64,000 bases of DNA from contig NC_067399.1 in the NCBI RefSeq assembly GCF_016432865.1, positions 390,228,001-390,292,000 on the forward strand, in the 5' to 3' direction. A program made the position numbers and the translations under genes. This DNA comes from Antechinus flavipes (taxonomy: Eukaryota). Below, piece after piece: positions 1 to 12,878 of this stretch. The first letter of the stretch is position 1. The number at the start of each line of letters is the position of its first letter. The notes under the pieces were generated by a model. That model was given only the letters and a program-made list of their open reading frames with translations. It did no database searches and was not told where the DNA came from.

Positions 1-1276
1 CATCAGTCAATACTGAAATCAGATTGATTGTATACTTTATCGCCAAAAGTAAAAAATAGCATTATAGTCAGCTAAAACAAGATCTGGAGCTGACTGCGTC
101 TCAGGTCATGAGCTTCTTATTGCAAAATTCAGACTTAAATAGAAAATAGTGGGGAAACCATCAGACCGTATAGGTATAATTTAAAAAGCATCCCTATGAA
201 TATGAAGTAGAGGGGATAAATAAATTTAAGGGGTTAGATCTGGTAGAGTACCTGAAGTACTATGAACAAAATTGTTCAGAAGGCAGCAACAACAAAAATC
301 TCAAAGAAAAGGAAGAGCAAGAAAGCAAAATTGCTATCTGATGAGGCTCTATAAATAAGCTGAAAAAAGAAGGGAAGGAAAAGATAAAGGAGAAAGTGAA
401 AAATATACCAAACTGTACGCAAAGTTTCAGAGAACAGAGAGGAGAGAGATGATTTTCTTAAATGAGAAATGCAAAGAAATAAAAGAAAACAGTATAATGG
501 GAAAGACAAGAGATCTCTTTTAAGAAAATTAGAAACATCAAATGAGTGTCTCATGAAAAATGAACATGATAAAACACAAAAATGCTAAGGATTTAGAAGC
601 AGAAAAGATTAAGAAGAGATGGCAAGAACACACAAAAGAACCATACAAGAAAGGTTCTCACATCACTAATAATCATGATAGTGTGGTTAGTGATATAGAG
701 TTAGACATCTTGAAGAATAAAGTCAAGTAAGCCTTAGAAAGCATTACTAACAATAAGGTGTATGGAGGTGATGAAATTTCAGCTAAACTACTTAAAATCC
801 TAAAATATAATACTGTGATAGTGCTGCACTCAATATGCCAGCAAATTTGGAAAATTTAACAATTTATGTCTCATTCCTAAAAAAAAAACAACAGTAGGGA
901 ATGTTCAAATTACAAGACAATTGTGTTCATTTTATATGCCAACAAGGTTGTGCTTAAGATTCTGCAAGTTAGGCGTCAACAATATGTGAATCAAAAATTA
1001 CCAGAAGAACAAGCTGGCTTTTGAGGAGACAGAGAAACTAAAGACCAAATTGCCAACATTTACTGGATTATGGAGAGAACAATGTAGTTCCAGAGAAAGA
1101 TTGAAGGCAAAAGGGGGAAAAGGTAGTAGGAGGATGAGATGAATAGATAGTGCCATGGAAACAATGAACTTGAACTTAGACTTCAAGAGATAATGGAGAA
1201 TAGAAGGATCTGGCATGCTGCAGCCCAAGGAGTTGAAAACAATCAGACATAGCTGAATGACTGAACAACAACAAAA
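1..1276 (+). mobile_element. Degraded RTE-clade (BovB-like) LINE, internally deleted, running off the window start
   Basis: Translates to NQIDCIL...KTRSGADCVSGHELLIAKFRLK (endonuclease end) and LPEEQAGF*GDRETKDQIANIYWIMER (RT start). It then jumps at ~1100 to a BovB-type 3' end (ctggcatgctgcagcccaagg...gactgaacaacaacaaaa). Confidence 0.85.
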
Positions 1277-2514
1277 CTTACTACTACTAGCTCATATTTG
1301 CATAATATTATAAGATTTCCAAAGAAATTATGCAATCCAAGAAATTTTTCATTTATTCTTATCTACTATCTGCTATTTGTTAGCAATACACAGATAAAAT
1401 TGAAACAATTTCTGATTTTTCTATTTGTTGGACTAAATTCAATATACATATTTTAAGTGCCTACTAGATTATTTTTCTTTTTTAACTTTGTCCATCTCAG
1501 TATTTCCCCCTCACACACAATTGAAAAAAAAAAAGAAACATGTCAAATAGTCATTTGACATAGTCATGTCAAATAAATTCTTACATTTGTCATGATCTAA
1601 AATGTATTTCTCTGGAATTCAAGTTGTTCATCTATCTGGAAAGAAGTGAGCATCATATTTCATATTCAGTCTTGTTTATCATTGCGTTTATCCCAGAACT
1701 AAAGTCTTTCAAATTTATTTTTGTCTATAATTTTCTCATTGTATAAGTTTTTTACAGATTCTTTTTCTGTTTTTTTTTTTTTTTTTTGCTCTAAGGAAAT
1801 ATTTGTATTTGTTAATTGTTGTCAAATGCATAATAACAAAAAAGAAAATTTAGTGAAAATTTTAATTCTCATATATCATATTTATGCCATTAGATACAAT
1901 CATTTTAAAGCAAAGACAAAAACCCATTATGAGTATGGTTAATCTTTTGTCAATTAATGGCAATTCCATCATATAAACGTCTATGCTTATAGATAGGTCT
2001 TTGCACTTTAAGATATTACTACCTCACCTCCTTTGTTATTTTTCTCTTGCTTTCAGTAATTACATCATTTTAAAGAGAGAAAGAAATAACTTCACAATAC
2101 AAAAGAAAACATATGTCTAGGGCTTTGAATGAGCAAACATTTTCCAACAGACTTCCAGTTTCCAAACATAACAAGGCAATTAATTGGTAGCAATGAAGGG
2201 ATAGTAATGTACATATCACTCAGCTTTCATGATATGGTTCTAGTCCTTCAATTGCAAGGCATTCGTTATTCAGTCAGCCAAAAAGAATTTATTAAATGCC
2301 CACCTACTATATTCTAAGCATTGGAGATATAAAGAAAATAAAAATGCTATATACTTTTAAGTAGCTAACAGTTTAATAGGAGTGGTAGGGGGAAACAAAG
2401 TGCAAACTATGTAAAAACAAGATATATTCTGGATAAAATGAACAATAACAAAAACAGAGGGATGACAATATGACATTAAAGGGAAAGAAGAAAAGCTTTT
2501 TGTTAAAAGTGGAT

Positions 2515-3470
2515 TTTTTAAAAATAACTTTTTATTGACAGTACATATGCATGGGCAATTTTTTACATTATCCCTTGCATTCACTTCTTTTCCAATTTTT
2601 CCTTTCCTTCCCTCCACCTCCTTCCCTAGATGGCAGGCAGTCTTATACATGTTAAATATGTTATAGTATATCCTAGATACAATATATGTGTGCAGAACGG
2701 AACAGTTCTCTTGTGCACAGGGAGAATTGGATTCAGAAGGTAAAAATAACCTGGGAAGAAAAACAAAAATGCAAACAGTTCACATTCATTTCCCAGTGTT
2801 TCTTCTCTGAGTGTAACTGATTCTGTCTATTATTGATCAATTGGAACTGAATTAGATCTTCTCTTTGTCGAAGAAATCCACTTCCATCAGAATACATCCT
2901 CATACAGTATCATTGTTGAAGTGTATAATGATCTCCTGGTTCTGCTCATTTCACTCAGCATCAGTTCATGTAGGTCTCTCCAAGCCTCTCTGTATTCATC
3001 CTGCTGGTCATTTCTTACAGAACAATAATATTCCATAACATTCATATACCACAATTTACCCAACCATTCTGCAATGATGTTGCATCCACTCAGTTTCCAG
3101 TTTCTAGCCAATACAAACAGGGCTGCCACAAACATTTTGGCACATGTGGGTCCCTTTCCCTTCTTTAGAAACTCTTTGGGATATAAGCCCTGTAGTAACA
3201 CTGCTGGATCAAAGGATATGCACGGTTTGATAACTTTTTGGGCATAGCTCTCCAGAATGGTTTGATTCGTTCACAACTCCACCAACAATGCACCAGTGTC
3301 TTAGTTTTCCCGCATCTCCTCCAACATTCATCATTATCTTTTCCTGTCATCTTAGCCAATCTGATAGGTGTGTAGTGGTATCTCAGAGTTGTCTTCATTT
3401 GCATTTCTCTGTTTAATTGTGGAATACTTTCATATGAGTGGAAATAGTTTCAATTTCATCATCTGAAAAT
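2515..3470 (-). mobile_element. 5'-truncated L1 LINE (ORF2 C-terminus plus 3' UTR)
   Basis: Minus-strand ORFs 3165-3404 (MQMKTTLRYHYTPIRLAKM...CWRRCGK...LVHCWW) and 2887-3201 (KLWYMNVMEYYCSVRND...) are L1 ORF2 C-terminal motifs. They are followed by a marsupial L1 3' UTR ending in a T-rich tail on +. Confidence 0.95.
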
Positions 3471-3550
3471 TGATTGAGATTAGAATTTCACAGAATAGAT
3501 TTTCCTAAATTATAACATCAATGAGGTGTCTGGTAGTTTTATTTATCTTC

Positions 3551-3704
3551 ATTATTATTATTATTATTACTGAGGCAATTGGGGTTAAGTGACTTGCCTG
3601 GGATCACACAGCTAGGAAGTGTTAAGTGTCTGAGGCCAGATTTGAACTTAGGTTCTCCTGACTTCAGGGTTGGTGCTCTAACCACTGAAACACCTAGATG
3701 CTCC
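3551..3704 (-). mobile_element. WSINE1-type marsupial SINE with (TAA)n tail
   Basis: tgaggcaattggggttaagtgacttgcc...cacctagatgctcc is the reverse complement of the tRNA-derived/CORE SINE head. An (ATT)n tract lies at 3551-3569. Confidence 0.85.
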
Positions 3705-5574
3705 AAACTGATAGATTCTTAAAGAAGCACATGATAGAGATAATGTGTGTTTGCATTTGAACTGAGAAGAAAGAACTTGAAAAATGCACCTTTTCAGCCT
3801 TGGAGGTTACATTGCAAGTAATACAAAGAAAGAAAGAAAAAGATAAAGAAAATCAGCTCATTTTATATATACTACAAAGGTAAGGGCATTCACCACCACC
3901 ACCACCATCCACCGAAAATCATATACCCTTTTATTCTAATAAAATAATATTAATAGGAAATAATATTAGTAATATTAGAGGAAGCTCATAAATTCCTTAT
4001 GTTTTCTCTAGAAGGGTACAGTACCCAAGCTTACTCAACCGTGGAAAATTGCTCTTCAGTTACTTCCAAAATAGAGTCTGTAATCTCATTAAGTTAATTG
4101 AGAAATCAATTGGATCAGAGGTTTCCTTAATTCAGCTTCAAATTAGTAAGATTATCTCAAATAGGGATCATCATTATGTGAGAACAAAGGGAATAGAAAT
4201 TAGGTCAATCACTAATAGAAAAAAACATTTATGGGTTTTGACAGATTTATTAGCTAGTTAATGTTACATTGACTAACACTTTTTGGCTATGATAATATAC
4301 TTGTGTGTGCACATATATATGCACCCATACACTAAAGCCTAGATACATTCCTATTTAGTCAGCAGTTATCACTCACAGAACCACAAGATTTAGAGTAAGA
4401 ATAGATCATAGGGATCATGTGGCCCAACCTCCTCTTTAAAAAACAAAAAACAACCAATGTTAGAATTTTAATGATAATATAAGGCATACTATATAGAATT
4501 TGTTAAAATAACAACATTCACAAAAGATCTAGAATATCAAGGGAAACAACAAAGAGAAAAAATAGGAATGATTTTTAGCAAGGATTCTCATTTGCAATAG
4601 ATTTTCTATGGTGCCATGGTTTTGACTGTAGGCAGTTTCATTTCTTTGCCTTATTTCTGAGGTCCATACATGAGATAAGGGTTCTCCTCTAGGAATCTCT
4701 CTTTCTTTGCTTCCTTTTTTTGGTTGCAAAACATATTTCCACATTATCTATGTGAAAGAAAACACAGACCAAAGAGACCCATTAAAAATTAAGAAAATGC
4801 AAAATAGTATGCTTCAATCTGCATTCAGACTCCAACAGTTGTTTCTTTGAAGATGGATAGCAGTTTTCATTGTGAGTTCTTTGTCATGGATCAATTTTAT
4901 TTTTGAAAATAGTTATATCATTCTCAGTTAATCATTTTGCAATATTGCTTTTACTGTGTACGATGTTTTCCTGGTTTTGTTTACTTTATGCTACACCAAT
5001 ATATTTAAATCTTTGCTTTTCTGAAAGTATCATGCTTGTGATTTCTTCTAGCCCAATGGTATCACATTACAATCCTATATCATAATTTGTTCAGCCATCA
5101 CTTAAATAATGAGCATCCTCTTAATTATCAATTCTTTGAACTGTAATAAATATTCTTGTACAAAGAGATCCTTTCCATTGAAAAAAAATTCTAGTAATTC
5201 AACTTCCTCTTTTTACAGATGAGGAAAGTGAGAAACAGAAAATCTAGCCAACCTCACATGTAGTAAGTAGTAGTACCAGTATTTGAATCCAGGTTCTCCG
5301 TCTCCAAACTCAGTGTTCTTCTTTCCTCCAATTCCCATCCTTAATCACATATAAGGGAAAGGAATGCATATCTCTCATGCCATTACAGAGAAGCAGAAGT
5401 CATGCAATTTTGATAAATTGCTTTTATGAAGATTATAATTTATCATAATCTTTTTGCAACTTGGAAAGAGGCTATATTTCCTCTGAAGGTAAAATATCAT
5501 GCCCAAATACTTCTCCCAACTGCATTTATTCATTCTCATGAATTAGGTCACTAGATGGCAACTGCTACTTTCAG

Positions 5575-5822
5575 GATTTTTTCATTTTTAGTCATGTCTA
5601 ACTCTTGGTAACTACTAGGTTCTCTTGACAGACACTGGGATGATTTGCCATTTCCTTCTCCAGCTCATTTTAAAGGCAAGGAAATAGAGGCAATTAAGGT
5701 TAAGAGATACCCAGAGTCATACAACTAGTAAATATCTGAGGCTAGACTTGAATTCAGGTCTTATTCCTGATTCCAAGTTGATTCTAAGCTTGGTACTCTA
5801 TCCACTTCACTACTTACCTGCC
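5575..5822 (-). mobile_element. Mar1-type CORE-SINE with RTE-derived 3' end
   Basis: CORE segment (aaggaaatagaggc...gtcatacaactagtaa) joined to the RTE-type tail gatttgccatttccttctcc. Confidence 0.7.
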
Positions 5823-6959
5823 TCACTTACAGTTACTATATAACTCATAAGCTTTTAACCATTATGCTTCAAATTAACAGTCAACCTAGACAGAATGAAA
5901 TCTAAGCAAAGGTATTTACTGAAGTATAAAATAAAATAGTAGCTACAAAACATCCCCTTCTCATATAACTGAGTTTTGCTCTCCTACAGACACATAGCAT
6001 CTGTGGGAAGAATGGGGACAAAGTTAGAATACACTGTTAGTGAAGCACATATGCTGAGAACGTATACAATTGTAACAGCAAGTTAAAATTTGTTTTTATG
6101 TTGTTGGGTGAAAAAGAAATGGAAACGAATTTAAGTGCTTATTTTGTGCAAAACATTGTGCTGAACATTGGATGCAGAAAAAAAAAGACATGACATTGTT
6201 TCTGCTCTCAGAAAGCTCACATTTTATCAAGACAAACAAGACAAATAGGAAGTTTCAACTGCAGGTCAGATGGAAAGGTTCTGTGCTATTTAGGATGCAG
6301 CAGCAAAGCAGAAGACAATGTATGCCATTTTATATCATTCTCATTAAAAAAAATCAATTTCTGATGGCAAGCAAGTCAACAGTGATAAGATCTTGAGTTG
6401 TGAAAACTTTCTTTTCTGAAGCATCAGTTACTGTAGCCATGCAGGGGATGAAAGTTGTATCACATGAAGAAGCTTTTGCCAAGATACAGTTCCACAATGG
6501 TTCCTTCAGACAGTGGTTGCAGGGTCTAGTTTATGATGCTGTTCTGCAGCTCTTGGGGTTTTCTGCCTTTTGTGGCAATTGCTCAGTGATTGGTGTCAGT
6601 GATGGAAGGGATGGCAGATTGCTCCCAATGTTCACTGATGGGTGAAAGAAAAATGGAATGGGCTGGGAGCAGGGCCAGTGGCTCAGGGAGCAGTGCTATT
6701 CAACCTCTTAGGTTTACCTGCACATTGATAACAATTGGTTGTTGGTATTGATGGTGGAAGTAGACATGGTGGGATCCTTCTCCACAAAAGTTTTTCCCTT
6801 TATGATTTCTGGGGCTAGTATTAAAGTAGGGCCGTTGTTGGCATTTCTACTTCAAGGACTTTTCAATTCAGGGTCTTTGATTGTTTGAGGAGTTAACAAT
6901 TCTTTTTTCCTTGTTGAGACTGATGTAGTTGTACACCAGATGGTTTGCTTGTCTATGTA

Positions 6960-8590
6960 TTCAACTCCCCTTTCTCTGTTTCAAATAAATGTTTCCTTTA
7001 TGTGCTGGTCACTCTTCTCACTGCCTCATCCATGCTTGTATAATTTTCTCACTCTATTGAAATATAACAGGCCTTGTCTTCACCCCATACTAGTATATTC
7101 CTCCTTTGCCTTTTTTTCCCTCCTCTTCAAACTCTCAGACAAGAATAAATTCATTCCCAACAGTCTGTTTTTCCTATTTATTTCCCTCAATATCTTTTAA
7201 ATATCTTAAGGTTTTTAAAAAGATACTTGTTTCTTCTTCCCCATTAGATTGTTAGCACACAACTCCTTCAAATTGTATAAACAAATGTACATTTCTAGGT
7301 TTGTCTAGGTTTATATTTTGAAGTTCCTACTCAGTTCTGGTCTTTTAATCAGAAATATTTAAAGGCCCTCAGTTGCAGCCATTTTAAAGCTCATGGAATA
7401 TAAGTCCTTTGATCTCAGAAGTGAGAAGCAGGAGACTCATAGGGTGTGAAAAGAGCTCCAGTTTCTTATGCCGTGCAGCCTTGTTGATAGACATTTTTGC
7501 AAGCGTGATCAGCTTGTGAACAGTAGGCAATCCCAATCACCATTCAGAGAAGCAGTTCCTGGGCTTTGCTTATACATAGTATCTACCAGTGGGAGGAGAA
7601 CCAATCTAGCAATTTAGCAGCTCACTCACAGGGGAGAGAGGCCGGTTCAAGCATCCTTCTTTACGTAGCCACTGGCTTTGATCCTCAGCTTACACTGATC
7701 AGTGCTCCTTGCTCAACAAGAGTGTTTCTGCAACTGATAGAAAACTTATTGTGCAACAAAGGTCGAGGTGGCCTCGGTACTCCCTCTTAGCAGGGTCCCA
7801 TAACTCACCAGCCCTCTGCTTTATCAAAGAGCCATTTTTTCTCTTGTAATATTACACTCAGTTTTGCAGGAAATTAATCCTTATTTTAAGCCTATGTTCT
7901 TCTACTTTGGAAATACAGTATTCAAAAATATTCTTCAATTTTTAGTAGAAACTGCCAAGTTTTTTGTGTGATACTGACTATAAGTCCTTGATACTTAACT
8001 GTTTCTTTCCAGACACTTGTAATGATTTTTTTCCCCTCCTTTGATGTGAGGACTCTGGATTTTGGCTATGACATCATCAGGACTTTTCTTTTGGAGGTTC
8101 ATTTCAGGAATTAATAATAGATTCTTTACCTTGTCCTCTGATTTTAATAGAGTTGGACTATGATTTCTTGAAAATGATTTTTTGAAATATAATATCCAAT
8201 ATCTAAATATTCTCTCTGTGTGTGTATGTGTGTGTACTCCTTAACTAGATCAGTTGCTTTTCATATCAGATAGCTTACATTTTTTCCTTATATAGTTTCT
8301 ATTTTTATTACATATCTTCTATTTTCAGTCTTTTTATTCTTTTCTAAAACTTCAAGCTGCTTCATGGAATAATTGATTTTTATTTGGTCTATTTTGTTCT
8401 ATTTATTCTAGTTTTCAGACATTTCATTTCTTGGACAAGATTAACCATATTTTCTTCTAAGCTACTTATTTTCCTTCCAATTCTTTTGTTCAAGAACTTT
8501 TCTTTCATTGCTTACTGTTGCTTCATTTCTTCAAAGAAGTTTTTGTGGAAACTTCATTTTTTTTTTCTTTTCAGTTTTTGCTTGCTATTG
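6960..8590 (-). mobile_element. Old L1 ORF1/inter-ORF fragment, interrupted by an LTR-like insert
   Basis: cagttctggtcttttaatcagaaat (~7332) continues at ccattttttctcttgtaatattacactcagttttgc (~7832). This resembles, from memory, marsupial L1 ORF1 in antisense orientation. Confidence 0.55.
7371..7810 (-). mobile_element. Probable solo LTR (440 bp) with 6-bp target-site duplication
   Basis: Flanked by gccctc at 7365-7370 and 7811-7816. Termini are AG...CA on + (TG...CT on -), one mismatch from TG...CA. It is GC-richer than its flanks, splits an L1 fragment, and has a TATAAG on the minus strand near 7570. Confidence 0.55.
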
Positions 8591-8857
8591 TCATGGAATT
8601 AGAGTTGCAATAATTTGTGTTGGAGGAAGGAACCAGAATGAATTTCCATAAGGAAAGTCTCAGCTCCGCCACTACTTTCAGGGAAAGAGGTGGTAGTTCA
8701 GGGTATTATTACCAAGGTTTCAGACCCCAGGAAACATTCCCTTTTTTCTGAATTAATATTCTATTTTTTCTCCTTTCCATCTTTACACACTCTTATTGAA
8801 AAATAAAGATACCCACCCATTCATTAAAAAAAAAAAAAAAACTCAGGTAACAACCAT

Positions 8858-9112
8858 GTGCAGATGGTGGCACAGTGGTTAAAGTGCTAGGTCTAAAGTA
8901 AGGAAAACCTGTGTTCAAATCCAGACACTTACTAGCTTATGACCTTGGAAAAGTCACTTAATGCTGTATGCCTCAGTTTCTTCAATTGTAAAATTAGGGT
9001 AGTAATAGCATCTATCTTCTATGGTCGGTGTAAGGATCAAATGAAATAATATTTGTAAAGCACTTAGCACATCATTTGGTCCATACTAGGTGTTTAACAA
9101 ATGCTTATTTCC
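8858..9112 (+). mobile_element. MIR/CORE-type SINE
   Basis: ggtggcacagtggttaaagtgct...tgcctcagtttcttcaattgtaaaat...atttgtaaagcacttagcac. Confidence 0.75.
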
Positions 9113-9174
9113 TCCTCTTACCACCTCCAAACAAAATTAATTCCTGCATTGGCCAAATCTGAAAAAATATTTAT

Positions 9175-9718
9175 TGGTGAATATAAATGTCAGTCAGGCA
9201 AATTTTAGAAAGGGGTACTCATTGAGATGTCATAATAAGAAGTTGGTACAAACTCTCTCCCTTTCCCCCTCAACATACTCTTTCACACTAACACACTGAG
9301 CCCAGGGGAAAGGGTGCTTAAGCCTAGAGGGCACTTGTAACAAAGGAGTAACTCACTGCTTCCAGTTGCTGGTGGTCCTTTTCTCCCCTTTATATAGTGC
9401 TCAAGGATTTCCTTCTTAGTTATGATGTAGTTTCTCTGATTGACTCCTTGTAATTTCCTAAATCTATCTTCCTTATTTCATTCAATCTGTCCTTGTCTTA
9501 CTGATTTCAGCTATTCCAGTGGCACTGATGGGAAAGTGACTATCTCAGTCAATATAATTTAAATACTTTCACCTCCCTAGCATTAGGCACTTGACTCTCT
9601 GCTTTTAACTATCTTTATGTTTTGTACAAACTCCAGAATGCATAACCAAGCTCTTCATCCATTCCAAACACATTTCTAATTTTACCTATTGAAGTGTTTA
9701 GGTGGTGAACAATCAAGA
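9175..9718. mobile_element. Possible LTR-like insertion inside an old L1 3' fragment
   Basis: L1-like sequence breaks at ~9173 and resumes at ~9719. The insert has tttatatag (TATA on minus). No TSD was seen. Confidence 0.3.
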
Positions 9719-11495
9719 TGCATTCTCACACGATAAACATATCAGTGCTATTACTCCAAGTGGGGAGAATAATTTTCTAGACTGCTTTTCAATCTTGCAT
9801 GTGTTAATTGTAGATTTGTGGTTAGTATAATCAGTCAAGCAAGACTATTTCATTATATAATAAGAGTTACAAAATTATTTATATTTTGCGATTCATTGAT
9901 AATCCTGCAATTATTACACTTTAAAGATGTTTTCAATATATGGAAAAGCTAAGTAAACAGAAATATTTCCAGCTACCCTAGGCATAATAGCAAAAATCCA
10001 ACAAAGGGGGAATTGTCAAACAAAATGTGGTATTTGAAAGTTAATGGAATAATACGGCATGATGAAATTTTAAATATGAGTACAAAGGACATGGAAATAT
10101 GTAATTATTCAGAATGAAATAGAAAAAAACACACAGACTATAACATGCAAATAAGAAAAACATCAAGAAAAACACCCAAACACACGGAATGAAGTTCACA
10201 AAAGGATGCAATAATAAACAAGACAATTGGGTTAATGACTTGAAAATGTCAATGCGTTTGAAAAAAAATTGATTTATTTAAAAATTATCTTTATTTCCAA
10301 AAATATTCCTTTTCCTTCTTCTAAATATAAAAGCATTCACAATAGCAAAGAACAAGAAGAAAAAAGAGAAAAACAATTCAGCAAAACTAATCAACAAATG
10401 AATAGAATCTGACAGTATTGTGAAATAATAATCTTTCTGTGGATCATCTAGGATTAGTTTGACATTTGAGGAGCAACTAGAAGTTTTTGTTTGTGTTTTC
10501 CCTTTTATTGAGTGGCCAAAGCATATAGGATCAAAGATTTTAAGGTGAAATGGGCTCTTTGGCCATTGAATTAAACACTACTCCCTATTTTACAGATGAG
10601 AAAATTGAGACACAAACAGGTTTAAGATTCTTGCAAGATCTTAAGATTCTTAAGATCAAGCAAGTAGTAGTGTGTCATGAGACAGGATTAAAATTTAAGT
10701 CTTTTTCACCCTTAGTCCTTGTACTCTCCACTTTACCACAATGTTTTTTTATTTCTCATGTAAAGGTGCCAGATCTTGTTCTCAGTGGTTCATTAGAAAT
10801 AACCTATGCAGATAACATGTGTTGTTAGAAGTCCTTGAAATATGCTTCTTGAAATGGCTATTACACATGCAATATTCCACACTCTCTACATGTTTGAAGT
10901 CAGGACAGAAATACATTTACCATTTCCCCATAATCTGCTCCCAATTTACCTTTTCATCTTTGTTACACATTCCTTCATGCACTCTACATTCCAACTAAGC
11001 TGTTTTTATTTTTTAACTCTTCTTCATGACACTCCAGTTCTCAGCTTAATTTCTTTACATTAACTCTCCTCCCTGTCTAGGACTTCCTTTTCACTTATAT
11101 CTCAGATGAATTCCTACTTTCCTATGAGATAACTCACATGCTATCTATTTCATGAACTCTTTCCTGCTCCTCAAAGCAAGTGTAGTCCTACAACCACTGC
11201 CAATTGTTTTGAATTAATTTTGTAGATGTATTGCATATGTGTATACATGTATGTATATATGTGCTCTTCTTGCCCCATTTAATAATAGGAAAATTGCACT
11301 TTTTTTTTTTTTTTTACTAACCCAAGTAGCTATCACAGTGTCTGGCATATTATAGGCACTTAATGATTGATAGTTGATTCTGTAAAATATGTATCCAACT
11401 ATAATGATTTTGTTTCTATTTCTTTGCTAATACTAAAAGGCTACTATGAATGTTTTGGGTACAGAAGATCTTTTTGTCTTTGACCTCCTTGGTAT

Positions 11496-12156
11496 TGTGG
11501 GGATTGAAATTATCCCACCAACATTAAAAGAGACTGAGACAGAGATCTGAGCTAATGATGATTTATGAAAGGGTCAATGATCCCATCTAATAAAGACCTC
11601 AGATCTTCCTCATGATCTGAGAAGCCTTCTTCTTCCATGGCCCTCTTTTTATAGGGCCAGATATCCAGTCATTCCAGAACAGCTATACCAAATATAGAAT
11701 AATTCCACTGATTGACATATGATGCAAATAAAATAAGCAAAAAAAAATATGTCAATAGGATCACAATTTGGATAAAGCAAGGATAGCTCCACACAAGATG
11801 AGCAGACTTCTCCTTAGGTTGAGTTAGAGGAAATGGTACAAGCTATCACAGTCAGTGAGCTAAATGGTCATAAGATGGTCATCTGCTCCTATTGGACAAA
11901 TGACTGATCTGAGGTACAAAACTATTTTTGTACTTTCCATGTAGTGGTCACCTCTGCCATGCTGAGTTTGATCACCATGAGAAGGAAAAACAAGAGTGGA
12001 GAGAGAACCTTTAGTTAATTTTCTGTACTTAAGCAGATTTCTGTAGAATCTGCAGCTCACATCTCTGGGGCTTTATATACAAAACTTTGATATGATTCTA
12101 TCAAGTTGATTAATACTGATTGAAGTAAAATAGGGGTTCAAATAAATCATCTCTCA
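11496..12156. mobile_element. Possible LTR-like insertion inside an old L1 3' fragment
   Basis: L1-like text (ctttgacctccttggtat) breaks at 11495 and resumes at ~12157 (tgcctaattgtgggatctccgggacaaagagtatg). The insert has TG...CA ends and tttttatagg. No TSD was seen. Confidence 0.35.
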
Positions 12157-12682
12157 TGCCTAATTGTGGGATCTCCGGGACAAAGAGTATGGACAATTTA
12201 GTCATTTAAAAAAAAAGTCAAACTGTTTCCAGATCGTTGAATTGTGAATTAATTCAACTCCATCAACAGTGACACATTTTAAAAATAAAGGGCAAGTTGC
12301 CCATGCTTATGGTTAACCATTTATTTATAATAATTTTTTTCCTGCTTTGCCTTGTGTGTTCATATATATGTATATATTTGCTTGCACATTTTTGTTATTG
12401 GATGGCTATTTAGTATAACAATATATTAATCAATAAGATATAGATTTTGTTTCCTGCACTTAGAGGAAATAATTTTAAGCTGTGGGTATAAATAGAGAAA
12501 AAGTATGACTGGTCAGGAGAAGCATATTTATAGTTGTCTTGTTCATAAGAACTAAAGAGGTTGCAAAACTTCCTTCCTTCCCTCAAGACAAAATTTAAAT
12601 AACCTGAAGAGTCTTTGGCGCATCTATTCTTCACCTCTTTTAAAAAGTGCCTTTTGTGGGAAAATATTAAATTGAGTGTTCC

Positions 12683-12709
12683 GACGCCTGGTGGCACTGT
12701 AGGCTAAGA
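12683..12709 (+). promoter_or_regulatory. CSE / forward CTCF site of the relic PCDHB unit
   Basis: gacgcctggtggcactgtaggctaaga matches the eight other CSE copies (e.g. accgcatggtggcgatgcaggctaaga at 61364). It lies 196 bp upstream of the relic ATG. Confidence 0.8.
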
Positions 12710-12878
12710 AGGAGAAAAGAGGGTTCTGCCTCCCTCAACCTCCATCACAGGGAAACATTGTCTTTCCGGAAAGACAGGCGCTTCCTGAGAGCAAAGCGAG
12801 GGGAGATCTAAATCTCTTCACTTGGATAACTGAGACTGTTTTTTTTAAGCTGAAGAAGGATGCAATTAGCAAGGCACA

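Noticed and set aside
6460-6495. HEEAFAKIQFH resembling the L1 RT motif DAEKAFDKIQHP
   Set aside because: No flanking RT motifs in frame, and the neighbouring L1 is on the opposite strand.
7600-7790. Minus-strand reading YQLQKHSC*ARSTDQCKLRIK, resembling a Myb/SANT-like domain
   Set aside because: It is short, interrupted by stops, and lies inside a TSD-flanked LTR-like insert, so it is probably chance.
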